A stretch of DNA of 64,000 nucleotides from Macrostomum lignano (lineage: Eukaryota), in assembly GCA_002269645.1 (NCBI GenBank), contig NIVC01002273.1, positions 1 through 64,000 on the forward strand, in the 5' to 3' direction. A program made the translations under genes and the position numbers. Positions within the stretch are counted from its first letter, which is position 1. The number at the start of each line of letters is the position of its first letter. The notes under the pieces were generated by a model. It was not told where the DNA came from and made no database searches. It worked only from the letters and a program-made list of their open reading frames with translations. Shown here one piece after another: positions 33,748-46,264 of the stretch.

Positions 33748-33957
33748 TTACGGACGAAAATCGAATTTGCACGCTTCGCAGTGCTTGGTTGGACAATTGG
33801 GCGATACGCAACAGCCGCCCAGTTTCACAGCGCCAGACTTGGCCTTCTCCATCAGTTGGTGGTTTGGTTTGCCATAGACTATGGACACCACGTGTTCTGA
33901 GCTGTTGCAGTTGGGACAGGAGGAACTCTTCTGCTTGTCTGGCTGCTTCTGATCCAT
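33748..33957 (-). CDS. Small Cys-rich putative Zn-binding protein, 69 aa (paralog 2)
   Basis: MDQKQPDKQKSSSCPNCNSSEHVVSIVYGKPNHQLMEKAKSGAVKLGGCCVSPNCPTKHCEACKFDFRP. Amino-acid motif shared with paralog 1 while synonymous sites differ. Confidence 0.8.
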   Translation of the reverse strand: MDQKQPDKQKSSSCPNCNSSEHVVSIVYGKPNHQLMEKAKSGAVKLGGCCVSPNCPTKHCEACKFDFRP

Positions 33958-34647
33958 GATGATGCTATGAACCAGAGCTGGGGCTGCAACTGTTGGATTA
34001 ACCCGAACCAATTGCATTGACGACTGACAACATGATGCTATTTTTAGAATTACGTCAGTTTCTATATTTAAATCGGAAGTTAAATTCCCTTAGTTTGGAA
34101 ATGGAAATCAGATTTCCTGATTAAAATGCATGCACAGTATAACAGATTTCCACTTTACTATATTAAGTTTACATATAAGTTTATACTTGCTAATGAATTC
34201 AAATAGTTATTTATAGTTTGTTACGGATTAAAAAAACAAAAGGCAAAGGCGACCATAAAATTTAGCGATGAATGGACAGATTTCCGTAGACTTTATTAGA
34301 GCGAATAAATATATTGCCGCTGCATAGAAAACTTCATTTGAAACAAGAAGAAAGGTTTTTCTCACACTTCTATCATAGGGGAAGCTGCTAAATAAATTAT
34401 CTGAATTAATGAGCAATTCAATAACATTTTCAGAAACTGATATACATGTGTCATCTGTATAATACGAATACTGCAAAATTAAAAATCGATATAAAATATG
34501 ATAATTAGCAGAGCTAAAGCACTAGAGCAGAAAAACCGTTAGCAATTGGAAAAAGTTATGGCAAAATTCATGGAAATTCCATGGAAAATCCTGAAAACTT
34601 GACAAACAATGGTCAAGAAAGTTCAATTTTTCAACCCCGGAAAAAGT

Positions 34648-37600
34648 TCAAGCCTCCTCGGTGACGCCCATCACGTGCCGATTAAACCACAGCACGATGT
34701 CGACAAACACGCTGCTCTGAACTGGGACGCTGCTCATCGGATGGCAATCGTCAGGACACACCAGCAGCCTAGTTGGCACATTCCTCGCTCGCAGAGCCCG
34801 GTACAGCTCCCGACCCTGCTGCGGCGGCACCCGGAGATCCTTGAGTCCCACAGCGACCAGCGTCGGCGTGTTGACTTTGGACGCGTGCGACAGCGGAGAC
34901 TTGGACCACAGCAGGGCCAGGGTCTCCGCGTCCAGCAGGCGGTCGTGGCTGAATGGCAGGCCGCTCTGCTCGTAAACCCAGTCGGGAATGTCGCTTCCGC
35001 CGACCATGGTGGCCAGGTTGATCACCGGGTTGCGCAGCACGGCGGCTTTGAACATGCCGGGCCGCTGGCCAATCAGGTGGCCCCCGAGAAAGCCGCCGTG
35101 CGAGCCGCCAAACGCGGCGAGTTTCTCACCATCAAGACGAGGCAGCGCGGAGTTATCAGCGGACGAAGCCGACTCGGCCAGCGTCTCCTCCACTGCCTGA
35201 ATGCAGTCGGACACGTCGCGCTCGCCAATGCCGCCGAGCAGGGAGTCGACGGTCGATTTGCCGAATCCGAGCGAGCCGCGGTAGTTGATCACCAGGACAG
35301 CGTAGCCGCACCTGGTTGAGGTAAGTATGCAGACTTGGGGAAACTCGCTCACCCGCTACCCACCTCACTTCCCGCCCGACACTCACCTCACTCCCTGCCC
35401 CGACACCCACCTCACTGCCTGCCCCGACACCCACCTCATTCCCTGCCCCGACACCCACCTCACTGCCTGCCCCGACACCCACCTCATTCCCTGCCCCGAC
35501 ACCCACCTAACTCCCTGCCCCGACACCCACCTAACTCCATGCCCCGACACCCACCTCACTCCCTGCCCAGACACCCACCTCACTCCCTGCCCCGACACCC
35601 ACCTCACTGCCTGCCCCGACACCCACCTCACTGCCTGCCCCGACACCCACCTCACTGCCTGGCCCAACACCTAGCTCACTGCCTGCCCCGACACCCACTC
35701 ACTCCTTGCCCAGACACCCACCTCACTCCCTGCCCAGACACCCACCTCACTCCCTGCCCCGACACCCACCTAACTCCCTGCCCCGACACCCACCTCACTA
35801 CCTGCCCCGACACCCACCTCACTGCCTGCCCCGACACCCACTCACTCCTTGCCCAGACACCCACCTCACTCCCTGCCCCGACACCCACCTAACTCCCTGC
35901 CCCGACACCCACCTCACTACCTGCCCCGACACCCACCTCACTCCCTGCCCCGACACCCACCTCACTGCCTGGCCCGACACCCACCTCACTGCCTGCCCCG
36001 ACACCCACCTCACTCCCAGCTAACACAAAACAAATCTATAGTGCACCTGGCTAGTCCGCAGACGTAGCGCATATAAGTAGCGGTAAACGATGTGTTAGGT
36101 CCGCCGTGCGGAAACGCGATCAACGGAAGCGGCAGCTCAGTGATTGCTGCTGGCTTCTCTTCGTCTCCCTTTTTGCTATCCTTCTTCTTAGACGAGTCAA
36201 CTGGCCACACTAGAATCGATTCGAACAATTGATTCCCGAATTCGGGATGGGCCAATTTCGCCGTGTGCTGCTTCACCCGCCAGGCGATGTCGTTCAGCTT
36301 GAAGCAATCGGTCAGACAGGTCCACTTAATGTTTGAAGTCAGCGGCTTGCTTGCGTCAATGAATCCAGCAGCGATAAATGGCGGCACGTCTGGCGCGCTG
36401 GCCTCAACAACCAGCCAGTCGCGATGAAAGTCCAAGACTTTAGCGCTGCTCGCATCTGGCGGTAGCGGCAGCAGCTCGCCGATCTTGGTCCTGACGTCAA
36501 TCGCCAGCAGGCAATCTTTGCTCCGATTGATGCTGCTAAGAACGACGGTGCGACAGTTGGAGGACCAGCAGCGAGACGGCAGGCTGTCGGCGTAAATTCC
36601 TGGAAAGCCTGCGCTGCCAGCCTGCGTAGGGAGGAATGGCACTGATTACAGCTGAGACTGAGGCACTGATTACAGCTGAGACTGAGGAACTGATTACAGA
36701 TGAGACTGGGGCACTGATTACAGCTGAGACTGAGGCACTGATTACAGCTGAGACTGAGGCACTGATTACAGCTGAGACTGGTGCACTGATTACAGCCTGA
36801 GACTGGGGCACTGATTACAGCCTGAGACTGAGGCACTGATTACAGCTGAGACTGAGGCACTGATTACAGCTGAGACTGAGGCACTGATTACAGCTGAGAC
36901 TGAGGCACTGATTACAGCTGAGACTGAGGCACTGATTACAGCTGAGACTGAGGCACTGATTACAGCTGAGACTGAGGCACTGATTACAGCCTGAGACTGG
37001 GGCTCTGATTACAGCTGAGACTGAGGCACTGATTACAGCTGAGACTGAGGCACTGATTACAGCTGAGACTGAGGCACTGATTACAGCCTGAGACTGGGGC
37101 TCTGATTACAGCTGAGACTGAGGCACTGATTACAGCTGAGACTGAGGCACTGATTACAGCCTGAGACTGGGGCTCTGATTACAGCTGAGACTGAGGCACT
37201 GATTACAGCCTGAGACTGGGGCTCTGATTACAGCCGGAGACTGAGGCACTGATTACAGCTGAGACTGAGGCACTGATTACAGCTGAGACTGAGGCACTGA
37301 TTACAGCCTGAGACTGGGGCTCTGATTACAGCTGAGACTGAGGCACTGATTACAGCTGAGACTGAGGCACTGATTACAGCCTGAGACTGGGGCTCTGATT
37401 ACAGCTGAGACTGGTGCACTGATTACAGCCTGAGACTGGGGCTCTGATTACAGCCGGAGACTGGGGGTCTGATTACAACCCTAACACCCACCCCGCGATT
37501 ACGCACATGATTAACAAAATCGATAATGAACCGTATATCCTTCGTGGCCCAATCGCACCAGATGAGCCTTCTGCACTGTTTATGCGGACCTGATGGCTCA

Positions 37601-39344
37601 TTCTGCAGCCACACCAGCTGGGTCTGGCACGGGCTGAACCTGGGCGATGACACGGCTCGAGTATCGTGACCAATCACCGCGCACTCTCCGCTGCGAAAGT
37701 CCAGATAGTAAATAGCAGACGGCCTCTGATTGCAGTAGATTACACCCAGCTGATAGGGCAGCTCCTTGTAGCCAACAAAGACTACGCCAGCATCGTCAGG
37801 AGCCCAGCAAGGTTCCGTTGGCAGCACGCCGTTGGGTATGCCATCGTCAAGCACGGTGACGACCTCGGAGTCAACATCGAGAGTGCACAGTACTGGTCGC
37901 TTGTACTCGGATAGTTGCTCGCCAAAGTGTTCCACGCTATCATACTGCTTGCCAACTGATTTGGCCTCGCCAGATCTGTGAAAAAAATAGATAGACAAAA
38001 ACGCTTTACCTAAATATTTTACAAGCTCAAATTCAGGACTTTAGGAGATTGTGGTGTCTCAGCAGACTAACACAGGAAACACGAGTACGTGGCAGGTAAG
38101 ATTTTTTGCCGGAAAAAAGTGCGAGCTCCACTTAGGGCAACCCGCGCTTATATTTGATATTTAACAGTAAATTGTTACACGATCGAATCCGCCAAAATGT
38201 CACGTGATTAAAAATACGTTTCACAATACAATATACGAATAATTTATTAACTGCACTACTTAAAGTAGAGTAGTAAGAAAAAGTAAGAAAAGGTTAGTTA
38301 GACGAACGGCCCTTTTACGGGCTCCTAGTCACGACACAACAGAAATGTAGTTAATATAGTTAATAATAATATTTAATTGATTACACCTGCCCAAATTGGG
38401 CCAGATGTGCAACCGACAGCTCAGCCGCAGCTATTGCGCGGCGCATCTGAAGGCTGCGTACGGCTGTTCAGTCCACGGACTGATAGAGGGGGGGGGTCGC
38501 CACACACCCTCAATTACCCCAGCTAATGCTGGCACCCAGCAGAGCAAGTTCCAGGTTCGATTCCAAATTTATATTTATCTGGCTCTCGTGCACAAAAATT
38601 CATTTGGGGCTTCCGCAATTCTCGCCACCAAGGGTCAACCCGGGCCATTAGGCACCCAGTGTACACTGTCTGTGCCTAACGAACAGAAACTGAGCGTGTG
38701 CCTGATTACTCATCCGTGCAAGTGTTCAGTGGTCAGTTAAAGGTGCATGATGACTGCTTTAATCGCTACAGAATGTAAAAAACAACAACTTACTTTCCGG
38801 CGCTCTCTCCGCTAAACGCATCAGCGGCAAAGTAAGACACATTCTTTGGCTGTTTCTTTTCGGCAACGTACAGCAGATGTCCCTCATTGTAGGACCACTG
38901 GCACGCGCCCAGCTCGGGACCGTACACCGCCCCGTGCTTGGCTTTCTCGCTCAGATCGATGCTCTTAATAAAACGGGACTCATTGTAGACGTGGACTACG
39001 AATTTATCGGCATTGTCACTGCCGGACCCTTCAGCTTTGAGCTTGAGCAGCACGGCCCGATGGTCGCCCCCGCTGCAGTAGACATCCCACAGGGTGGTCG
39101 GATCCCGCAGTACAGGATCCGAGTCAACCAGATCTCCAGTTGGCAGTACAACGGCAGTTTTCACCAGCGTGCGATTCTTTTGACTAGCCAAATCTTGCAC
39201 CTGATAGGCGCACCGAGTTCTGATGGCGTCGCTGAACGGATACTGAGGCAACAGCTGGGCAGACTGCGGCATTGGATAGGCGGCCAGGTCAGAATAGACC
39301 TGAGCCACCTCCTTGGCTGACTTCACAAATGATGGCTTCATCAT
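34648..39344 (-). CDS. APEH: Acylamino-acid-releasing enzyme / acylpeptide hydrolase (peptidase S9C), about 752 aa
   Basis: Exons 39344-38794, 37975-37507, 36621-36047 and 35311-34648 join in frame (2259 nt) with GT-AG sites. HGGP motif; catalytic Ser (GGSHGG), Asp (GLKDLRV) and His (DDCHPM). Confidence 0.95.
35370..36020. repeat. 24-bp minisatellite in APEH intron 3
   Basis: Unit cccgacacccacctcactccctgc. Confidence 0.95.
36638..37480. repeat. 24/25-bp minisatellite in APEH intron 2
   Basis: Unit gcactgattacagctgagactgag and variants. Confidence 0.95.
38362..38538 (-). mobile_element. SINE family A, 5'-truncated copy in APEH intron 1
   Basis: gatgtgcaaccgacagctcagccgcagctattgcgcgg..cacaccctcaattaccccagctaatgctggcaccc matches 16385-16530. 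Confidence 0.85.
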
Positions 39345-39504
39345 TAAGCTGAGTGATTGCGAACCTGCGACTTCTGCTTTTTGCGAGGCGAATAGAAGGG
39401 AAGAAAATCAGAAAAATTATAATATAGTTGTTTTGCTAGTTGAGACGATATAAACGGTAGGAAATAGAGGAAAAACGCCTCTAAGAAGCAGGTTCTAACT
39501 AGAT

Positions 39505-40600
39505 CCACTGATGGGGAGGGGATTATAACTAGATCCACTGATAAGGAGGGGATTATAACTAGATCCACTGATGGGGAGGGGATTATAACTAGATCCACTG
39601 ATAAGGAGGGGATTATAACTAGATCCACTGATAAGGAGGGGATTATAACTAAATCCACTGAAAAGGGGATTATAACTAAATCCACTAATAAGGGGATTAT
39701 AACTAAATCCACTGATAAGGGGATTATAACTAAATCCACTGATAAGGGGATTATAACTAAATCCACTGATAAGGGGATTATAACTAAATCCAGTAATAAG
39801 GGGATTATAACTAAATCCAGTAATAAGGGGATTATAACTAAATCCACTGATGGGGAGGGGATTATAACTAAATCCACTGATGGGGAGGGGATTATAACTA
39901 AATCCACTGATAAGGGGATTATAACTAAATCCACTGATAAGGGGATTATAACTAAATCCACTGATAAGGGGATTATAACTAAATCCAGTAATAAGGGGAT
40001 TATAACTAAATTCACTGATGAGAGGATTATAACTAAATCCACTGATAAGGGGATTATAACTAAATCCACTGATGGGGAGGGGATTATAACTAAATCCACT
40101 GATGAGGGGATTATAACTAAATCCACTGATGAGGGGATTATAACTAAATCCACTGATGAGGGGATTATAACTAAATTCACTGATGAGGGGATTATAACTA
40201 AATCCACTGATGAGGGGATTATAACTAAATTCACTGATGAGAGGATTATAACTAAATACACTGATGAGATGGGGACTATAACTAAATCCACTGATAAGGG
40301 GACTATAACTAAATCCACTGATGAGGGGATTATAACTAAATCCACTGATGAGGGGATTATAACTAAATCCACTGATGAGGGGATTATAACTAAATCCACT
40401 GATGAGGGGATTATAACTAAATCCACTGATGAGGGGATTATAACTAAATCCACTGATGAGGGGATTATAACTAAATCCACTGATGAGGGGATTATAACTA
40501 AATCCACTGATGAGGGGATTATAACTAAATCCACTGATGAGGGGATTATAACTAAATCCACTGATGGGGAGGGGATTATAACTAAATCCACTGATAAGGG
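39505..40600. repeat. 27-bp minisatellite upstream of APEH
   Basis: Unit ggggattataactaaatccactgatga with variants. Confidence 0.95.
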
Positions 40601-41678
40601 TGTAGAATCAAAAAAATAATATCTTGTAAGAGTCGAGAGTGTAAAAAAGTTAACGGAATTAGTTTTGCTTTGGAAGTACGATGAATGTAGCTTTAAGTCA
40701 GGTTTATTTACGAATATTAAACATGGAGCTTTGAGCAATAAAGAAATTAATTTTATCTACTATTTTAGTCTCAATATAACTTTAATCAGCAAAACTGATT
40801 TTCGGTAGAGGGTTGAAAACTCTAGTGTTGAATAAAAAAAGGCAGCAGTACCAGTTATTTTACAACAGGTGCATCAAGAAAATGAGAAAAGGCACATCTT
40901 AACAACAGACTGCTCAATATGAAAATGCAGTTTTGAGACTATAAAATAGAACAAAAATAAAATAACAGGGCACTGTTTGACTTGGCCTTTTGATGAAAAC
41001 TCAATCGATAAAATGACCACTAAAGCACATTATTTCTGGCGTGAACTCGCCAAACGGGGAAGAAAGAACACAATTTGAATACAATATTCAGCACCACAGC
41101 TGCAACTTGACGTGTGCACAGAGTTTCAAGTGCCAATGTTATCGCGTTCTGTGGAAAAATGTCATGTCAGTACATTTTTTTGGCTAGTAGTTTGCCAGAT
41201 AATAGTTTGGTTCAGTCTCAATTCGATATAAAGCAGTAACGCAAACAAGCTATCAATGCTGCATCATTTAAAAACAAAACACCACAATATAACAGCAACC
41301 TGACGTGGCGTACGCTAGCAATTCAAGATCAGCGACGAGCGAAGTCACCAATGCGACACTGCATCGACTCCGTTGGCGACCCCAGCTTGCAGGCCACATC
41401 ATCCGCACTGAGTCGTACTGCTCACAACCGGCGCAAGAGGTGCTACTACTAGCAAACAGCAAATCATAGATATGCAATTGGAAAACAATCAATACAATAC
41501 GAAGAAAAAACGAATCGTGGTGATAGATAATGCAGCCTAATAGACACTTCGATTATATAGACTAATTGCTCAGTTTACTGATTTCTAATTTAGTATTACT
41601 AATATGCTGTACTTTAATATAATATGTATTAACACACAAAAAAAGATATATTAAAAAATATGGCACAATTTTTTTATA

Positions 41679-43073
41679 AAAGGGTGACCAAAGATTTCTG
41701 CAACCTACTCTTTTGTACAGTCGTTTTGACTGCATCAAATAGAATTTGAATTCTACACACCGATGGTTAATTTTGTTATTAACTTGTGTGTGGAGCGTTG
41801 TTCAGATTCATGGATTAGTTTTAGTGTGGCTGAACTCCGACTATTTACAGTTTTCAGCTTCTGCATGGAACCTTCCAAAGACCCATATTTGCTTCTCATC
41901 TTTATGCGTATGCAGCTGGGCTAAAGATCTGTGGACATCCAGGCCAATTTGGCTTCAGTCTTTTTCCTGAATCTGCACCGTCTTTTGACACCGTCGCGCG
42001 CTGGTTGCGTCACTTTTCCGACGGTCAATTGAGCGTCCAAGACACGACCCTGTCTGGGACGGTCAATTGAGCGTCCAAGACACGACCCTGTCTGGGCGAC
42101 ATCGAAAATCCTTCATTGTGCGCGAGGATCAAAGCGTGACGCTGAGATTCCTTGTCTATGAGCTCGGTTTGAGCTATGGTAGCGCCCACAACATCATGCA
42201 TGAGCAGCTTGGCCGCACAAAGACCTGCGTGACAGACGACAAATGATGAATTTCCTTCTTCACAATAAAGGACAAGCAGCCCAAGGGGGTGTGGTTGACC
42301 AAAGATGAGCCCAGGCCTGAGGTCGTGAAGACCAGTTTCAGAAGCAGGAAGGGAATGTTCACCATTTTCTTTAACTCTCAGGGTGTTGTGGCAGTGGGCA
42401 TCCTTCCTGAGGGCAGCGCTATGACTGCCAAGTATTACACTGAAACGATGCTGCCAGATGTGCTGCAGGAGAGGCGGCAGCAGGCAAGAACTTGGCATGG
42501 TGCCAGGCTGCTGCTGCACCACGACAATGCGGCATCGTACTGCTGCTGCAACTCAGGCATTTCTGGAGCAGCATAGGGTTTCATTTGCTGCCTCACTCAC
42601 TCTACTGGCCAGACCTCGCCCCTGCACATTTTGGCTCTTCCAGAAGCTGAAGTCCGCAAGTTCTGGGAAGCCGTTTTCGCGCATTTAAGACCTGGCTCGA
42701 ACGGTCAAAGCAGAACTGGAGAGGGTGCCCACATCGGAGTGCATACATGCGCAACCTTGGGAATCACTCGGCCGTCTCTACTGGCAACACACACATGTAA
42801 GTCGCTATTGGCTGAAAGCAGTCACGTGACTACTATTCCGTCCAATAGCGACTCACATGTGTGTGTTGCCAATAGAAACGGCCGGGTGAATCCCTAGGTT
42901 GCGCCCGAGCATGTCGGAGTGCCTCAGCTGCTTTCAGGTTTGGTGGATACAGCTGCAGCGATGCATAGAAGCATATTTCCCCTCATGAGGGGAAATACTT
43001 TTAGTGCAAAACTTTTTTCATGGACATTTTAATTTTAGAAAAGTCACTTGCAGAACTTTTTGATCACCCCTTG
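41679..43073 (+). mobile_element. Decayed mariner transposon
   Basis: Imperfect TIRs agggtgaccaaagatttctgcaa / ttgcagaactttttgatcacccct. Transposase relics ELGLSYGSAHNIMHEQLG, VTDDK, KGMFTIFFNSQG, LLLHHDNAA and FWLFQKLK carry stops, frameshifts and a deletion. Confidence 0.88.
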
Positions 43074-43091
43074 CATTTGCATTTGTTGTGT

Positions 43092-43772
43092 CTAACGATG
43101 TCGTTGCCGTTGACTGCAGTTAGTCGGACCTGGCTGTTTCAGCATGCTGCGAAATCTTTTATGATTCGCACGCAACAGATTTGGATATTTTGAAGGTCCC
43201 AGTTGCCTGCGTGGATCGAACCTTCGTTGATGCTTTTTTTGACCGCAGTGCTTCAATGTTGCTAGCAGAAATTTTTTAGCAAGAATCGGGCCTAGCCGCT
43301 CATGTGGCTGTGCATCAGATAGAGACGGCAGCAATTCTTGAGCGACGATTGGCCCTGGCAGCAATTCTTGAGCGACGATTGGCCCTGGCAGCAATTCTTG
43401 AGCGACGATTGGCCCTGGCAGCAATTCTTGAGCGACGATTGGCCCTGGCAGCAATTCTTGAGCGACGATTGGCCCTGGCAGCAATTCTTGAGCGACGATT
43501 GGCCCTGGCAGCAATTCTTGAGCGACGATTGGCCCTGGCAGCTCAAAAGGCGCCTGTACATCGGGTAGTTGTTGCTCAGACACAGCATCCGAGGTTTCTG
43601 TTGAAAAGGGCAGCCAGAGTTCAAATGGGTACAGCCAATCGTTCTCAGACACAGCATCCGAGGCTTCTGTAGACAAGGATAGCCAGGGTTCCTGTAGCCA
43701 TGGGTACAAAAGCGGGTCTTCCTCCGACTCCAACAATATTGGAGGATCTTCATCAGCAGGCTGGTCGGCCAT
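43092..43772 (-). CDS. Orphan ORF, 226 aa: acidic N-terminus, 10-aa repeats, basic C-terminus
   Basis: ATG lies 2 nt after a tttcag acceptor-like site; frame stays open across a 30-bp repeat (43330-43545). No recognisable family. Confidence 0.4.
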   Translation of the reverse strand: MADQPADEDPPILLESEEDPLLYPWLQEPWLSLSTEASDAVSENDWLYPFELWLPFSTETSDAVSEQQLPDVQAPFELPGPIVAQELLPGPIVAQELLPGPIVAQELLPGPIVAQELLPGPIVAQELLPGPIVAQELLPGPIVAQELLPSLSDAQPHERLGPILAKKFLLATLKHCGQKKHQRRFDPRRQLGPSKYPNLLRANHKRFRSMLKQPGPTNCSQRQRHR

Positions 43773-45519
43773 GTCTGAAAAGAAATGGTAAACAAACCAT
43801 ACTTGCATTTCTTAGTTATTCCATTACTTTTATGCTCCAGAAGCTATATGAGATCATCTTTGCGATTGGGATTAATATTCAAGTTTACACACTGTTTCCA
43901 TAAAAAGGCTCAACTTAGGATAAACAAGTTTTCTATTGCTTGATTTTTTTAACACTGCAAAACCTAGCAATAGTTGGTTTACTCAATGATAGTGAAGTCA
44001 CAGCTGAACTTCTAGACTATAAATGTTCTGCCACTTGTCTAATATTATAGGCCAATATATTGAACCAGTTAAAAGTTAAGGCAATTGGTGATATACAATA
44101 TAGATTAGAGATAATATGAACAAACATATCTTGATGCTGCATTTTTTATACCTAACAATCATACTTTGCACATTTAGTCCAGAGTGGGACAATTGAGTTT
44201 AAATTTAGAGTCACTTATTATAATTATTAATCATATATTTTTGATATTATATAATGATATATAGGTGCCAGTCATTTTATTGAATACCTGTTTGTCAAAT
44301 GCAGTTTGTCATAATATTTGTTTCCATATCCAATTTCCAATTGGTGTCCATACCTAATGCATAAGTCATTTCTGGCCTATTGGCTTTTAGGTGGCAACTA
44401 AATATCAATATATTATTGTTTAAGTAATTTAATTATAAAGTTTAATTATTCTAACAAGGTTATTTTTTCTTAAGTAAAATAGTGGGTTAGCATTCAGTAA
44501 ATAGGTGGCCAAACCATTAGTTGTAGGCTAGAATCATAGTGCCACTATGATAGCCATTATTTTTGTAAAACTTTACAATAAAGTTACAAAAAAGTCAGGT
44601 AAAACTCTACAAATTGAAAAATCTTATTCAGCTAAGTATTCAACTATCTAGTCCATATGAATTATTAAGATTAGAAAGGCAGAGCCTAACAAAGCTGCCT
44701 CCTAAATTGATACTCAAATGTAGCATCAATTACTATGGAGGTCAGTAGCAATGCTCCAATAAAAGCTTGTAGCAAATTGCTAACATGATCCAGTGCTAGC
44801 AAGGAGTGGCAACTTAGGCAAAAGTAAAAAATAAGTGAAAAAGACAAACCAAAAGAACATTTATTGTTGCTTTCCCCAGTCTTTCTTGACCTAGCAAACT
44901 TAAATTAACAAAATTGGCAAACTTAAATGGCAACTTATCTAGTTACCAATCTTCTAGTTGCAAGCCTTTGGCTAGAGAATTTCATGATTTCTGTTCTCTT
45001 TGTATTTTTTACAGGGTTTTATTTTCTTTTTTGTCCTATACTCTATCCTCTTTTATTTTTTTTGCATTTGATTTATTAGAAAGACATATGAAGTAATAAA
45101 GCATGAACCCATTCAATATTAATGACATGGCCATTGGCACTCTATAAGATTTATTGACATGGCTGCTGTCTTTGTATAAAACATTTTATATTGAAGGAAG
45201 GCCCCATAATACAAACATGGCCACCATGTCTATAACCTTTAATATTATAGACATAGTGGCCTCTATAGTCAGGATCATGTCAACTGTGTGCCAAAATATT
45301 TTTTTTAATAAAAAAAGATATGTGCACCATTCGCCATAAAGAGATTTACCTTGCGCCAAATTTTAGTCAAATTTCAAATGTAATTTGAAATTGTCTCATA
45401 ATGGATATTGTCTATTGGAAGGAGACATTATTTCAAATGTAAAAAGAAGTGTCATGCCAAACATAAAGAAGCCACTATAAAGCTAAGGAAATTGTTGCAC
45501 TAGCTAATTGCTATCTGAT

Positions 45520-46264
45520 TGATGCTTGCTATTAGGGGGATGCTTGCTATTGGAAGGATGCTTGCTATCTAGGGTAACTTGCTATTGGGGGATGCTTGCT
45601 CTTGGGGGATAGAGGGTACTTGCTATCTGAGAGGGGGTTGCAAGCTATCTAAGGATTCTTTGTATCTAGGGATGCTTGCTATCTGTGGTTACTTGCTATC
45701 AGGGGATGCTTTCTATCTGGGGTTGCTTGCTATTGGGAGATGCTTGCTATCTGGGGGATACTTGCTATCTGAGGGATGCTTGCTATCTGGGGGATGCTTG
45801 CTATTTGGGAGATGCTTGCTATCTGAGGGATGCTTGCTATCTGGGGGATGCTTGCTATTTGGGAGATGCTTGCTATCTCAGGGATGCTTGCTATCTGGGG
45901 GATGCTTGCTATTTGGGGGATGCTTGCTATCTGGGGGATGCTTGCTATCTGGAGGATGCTTGCTACTAGGGTATGCTTGCTATCTAGTGGATGCTTGCTA
46001 TCTGGGGGATGCTTGCTATCTGGGGTAAGCTTGCTATCTGGGGTATGCTTGCTATCTAGGAGATGCTTGCATGCTATCTAGGAGATGCTTGCATGCTATT
46101 TGGGGATGCTTGCTATTGGGGGATGCTTGATATTGGGGAGGCAAGAGGCTTTTTAGAGGGAATGTCTGTTGTCTTTGTGAAGGCTCTTTTTGCTATCTTT
46201 TTGTTACTTGTAGAGAATAGAGATTCTATCTAGATATCCTCCATTGGGAGGCAAAGATTGCTAG
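45520..46264 (+). mobile_element. CpG-depleted Helitron-like element carrying the 18-bp minisatellite
   Basis: (gatgcttgctatctgggg)n array at 45520-46140; flank similar to the reverse complement of 8330-8410; 3' hairpin cctccattgggagg followed by caaagattgCTAG|T. Confidence 0.65.

Noticed and set aside
34609-39320. Plus-strand ORFs 34609-35319, 37666-37914 and 38877-39320
   Set aside because: Antisense shadows of GC-rich APEH exons.
41010-41460. Possible BED-finger/hAT relic (LHHLKTKH)
   Set aside because: Only one short motif amid stops; no TIRs or further transposase motifs found.
42020-42097. 39-bp tandem duplication inside the mariner relic
   Set aside because: Real, but an ordinary local duplication in a dead element.
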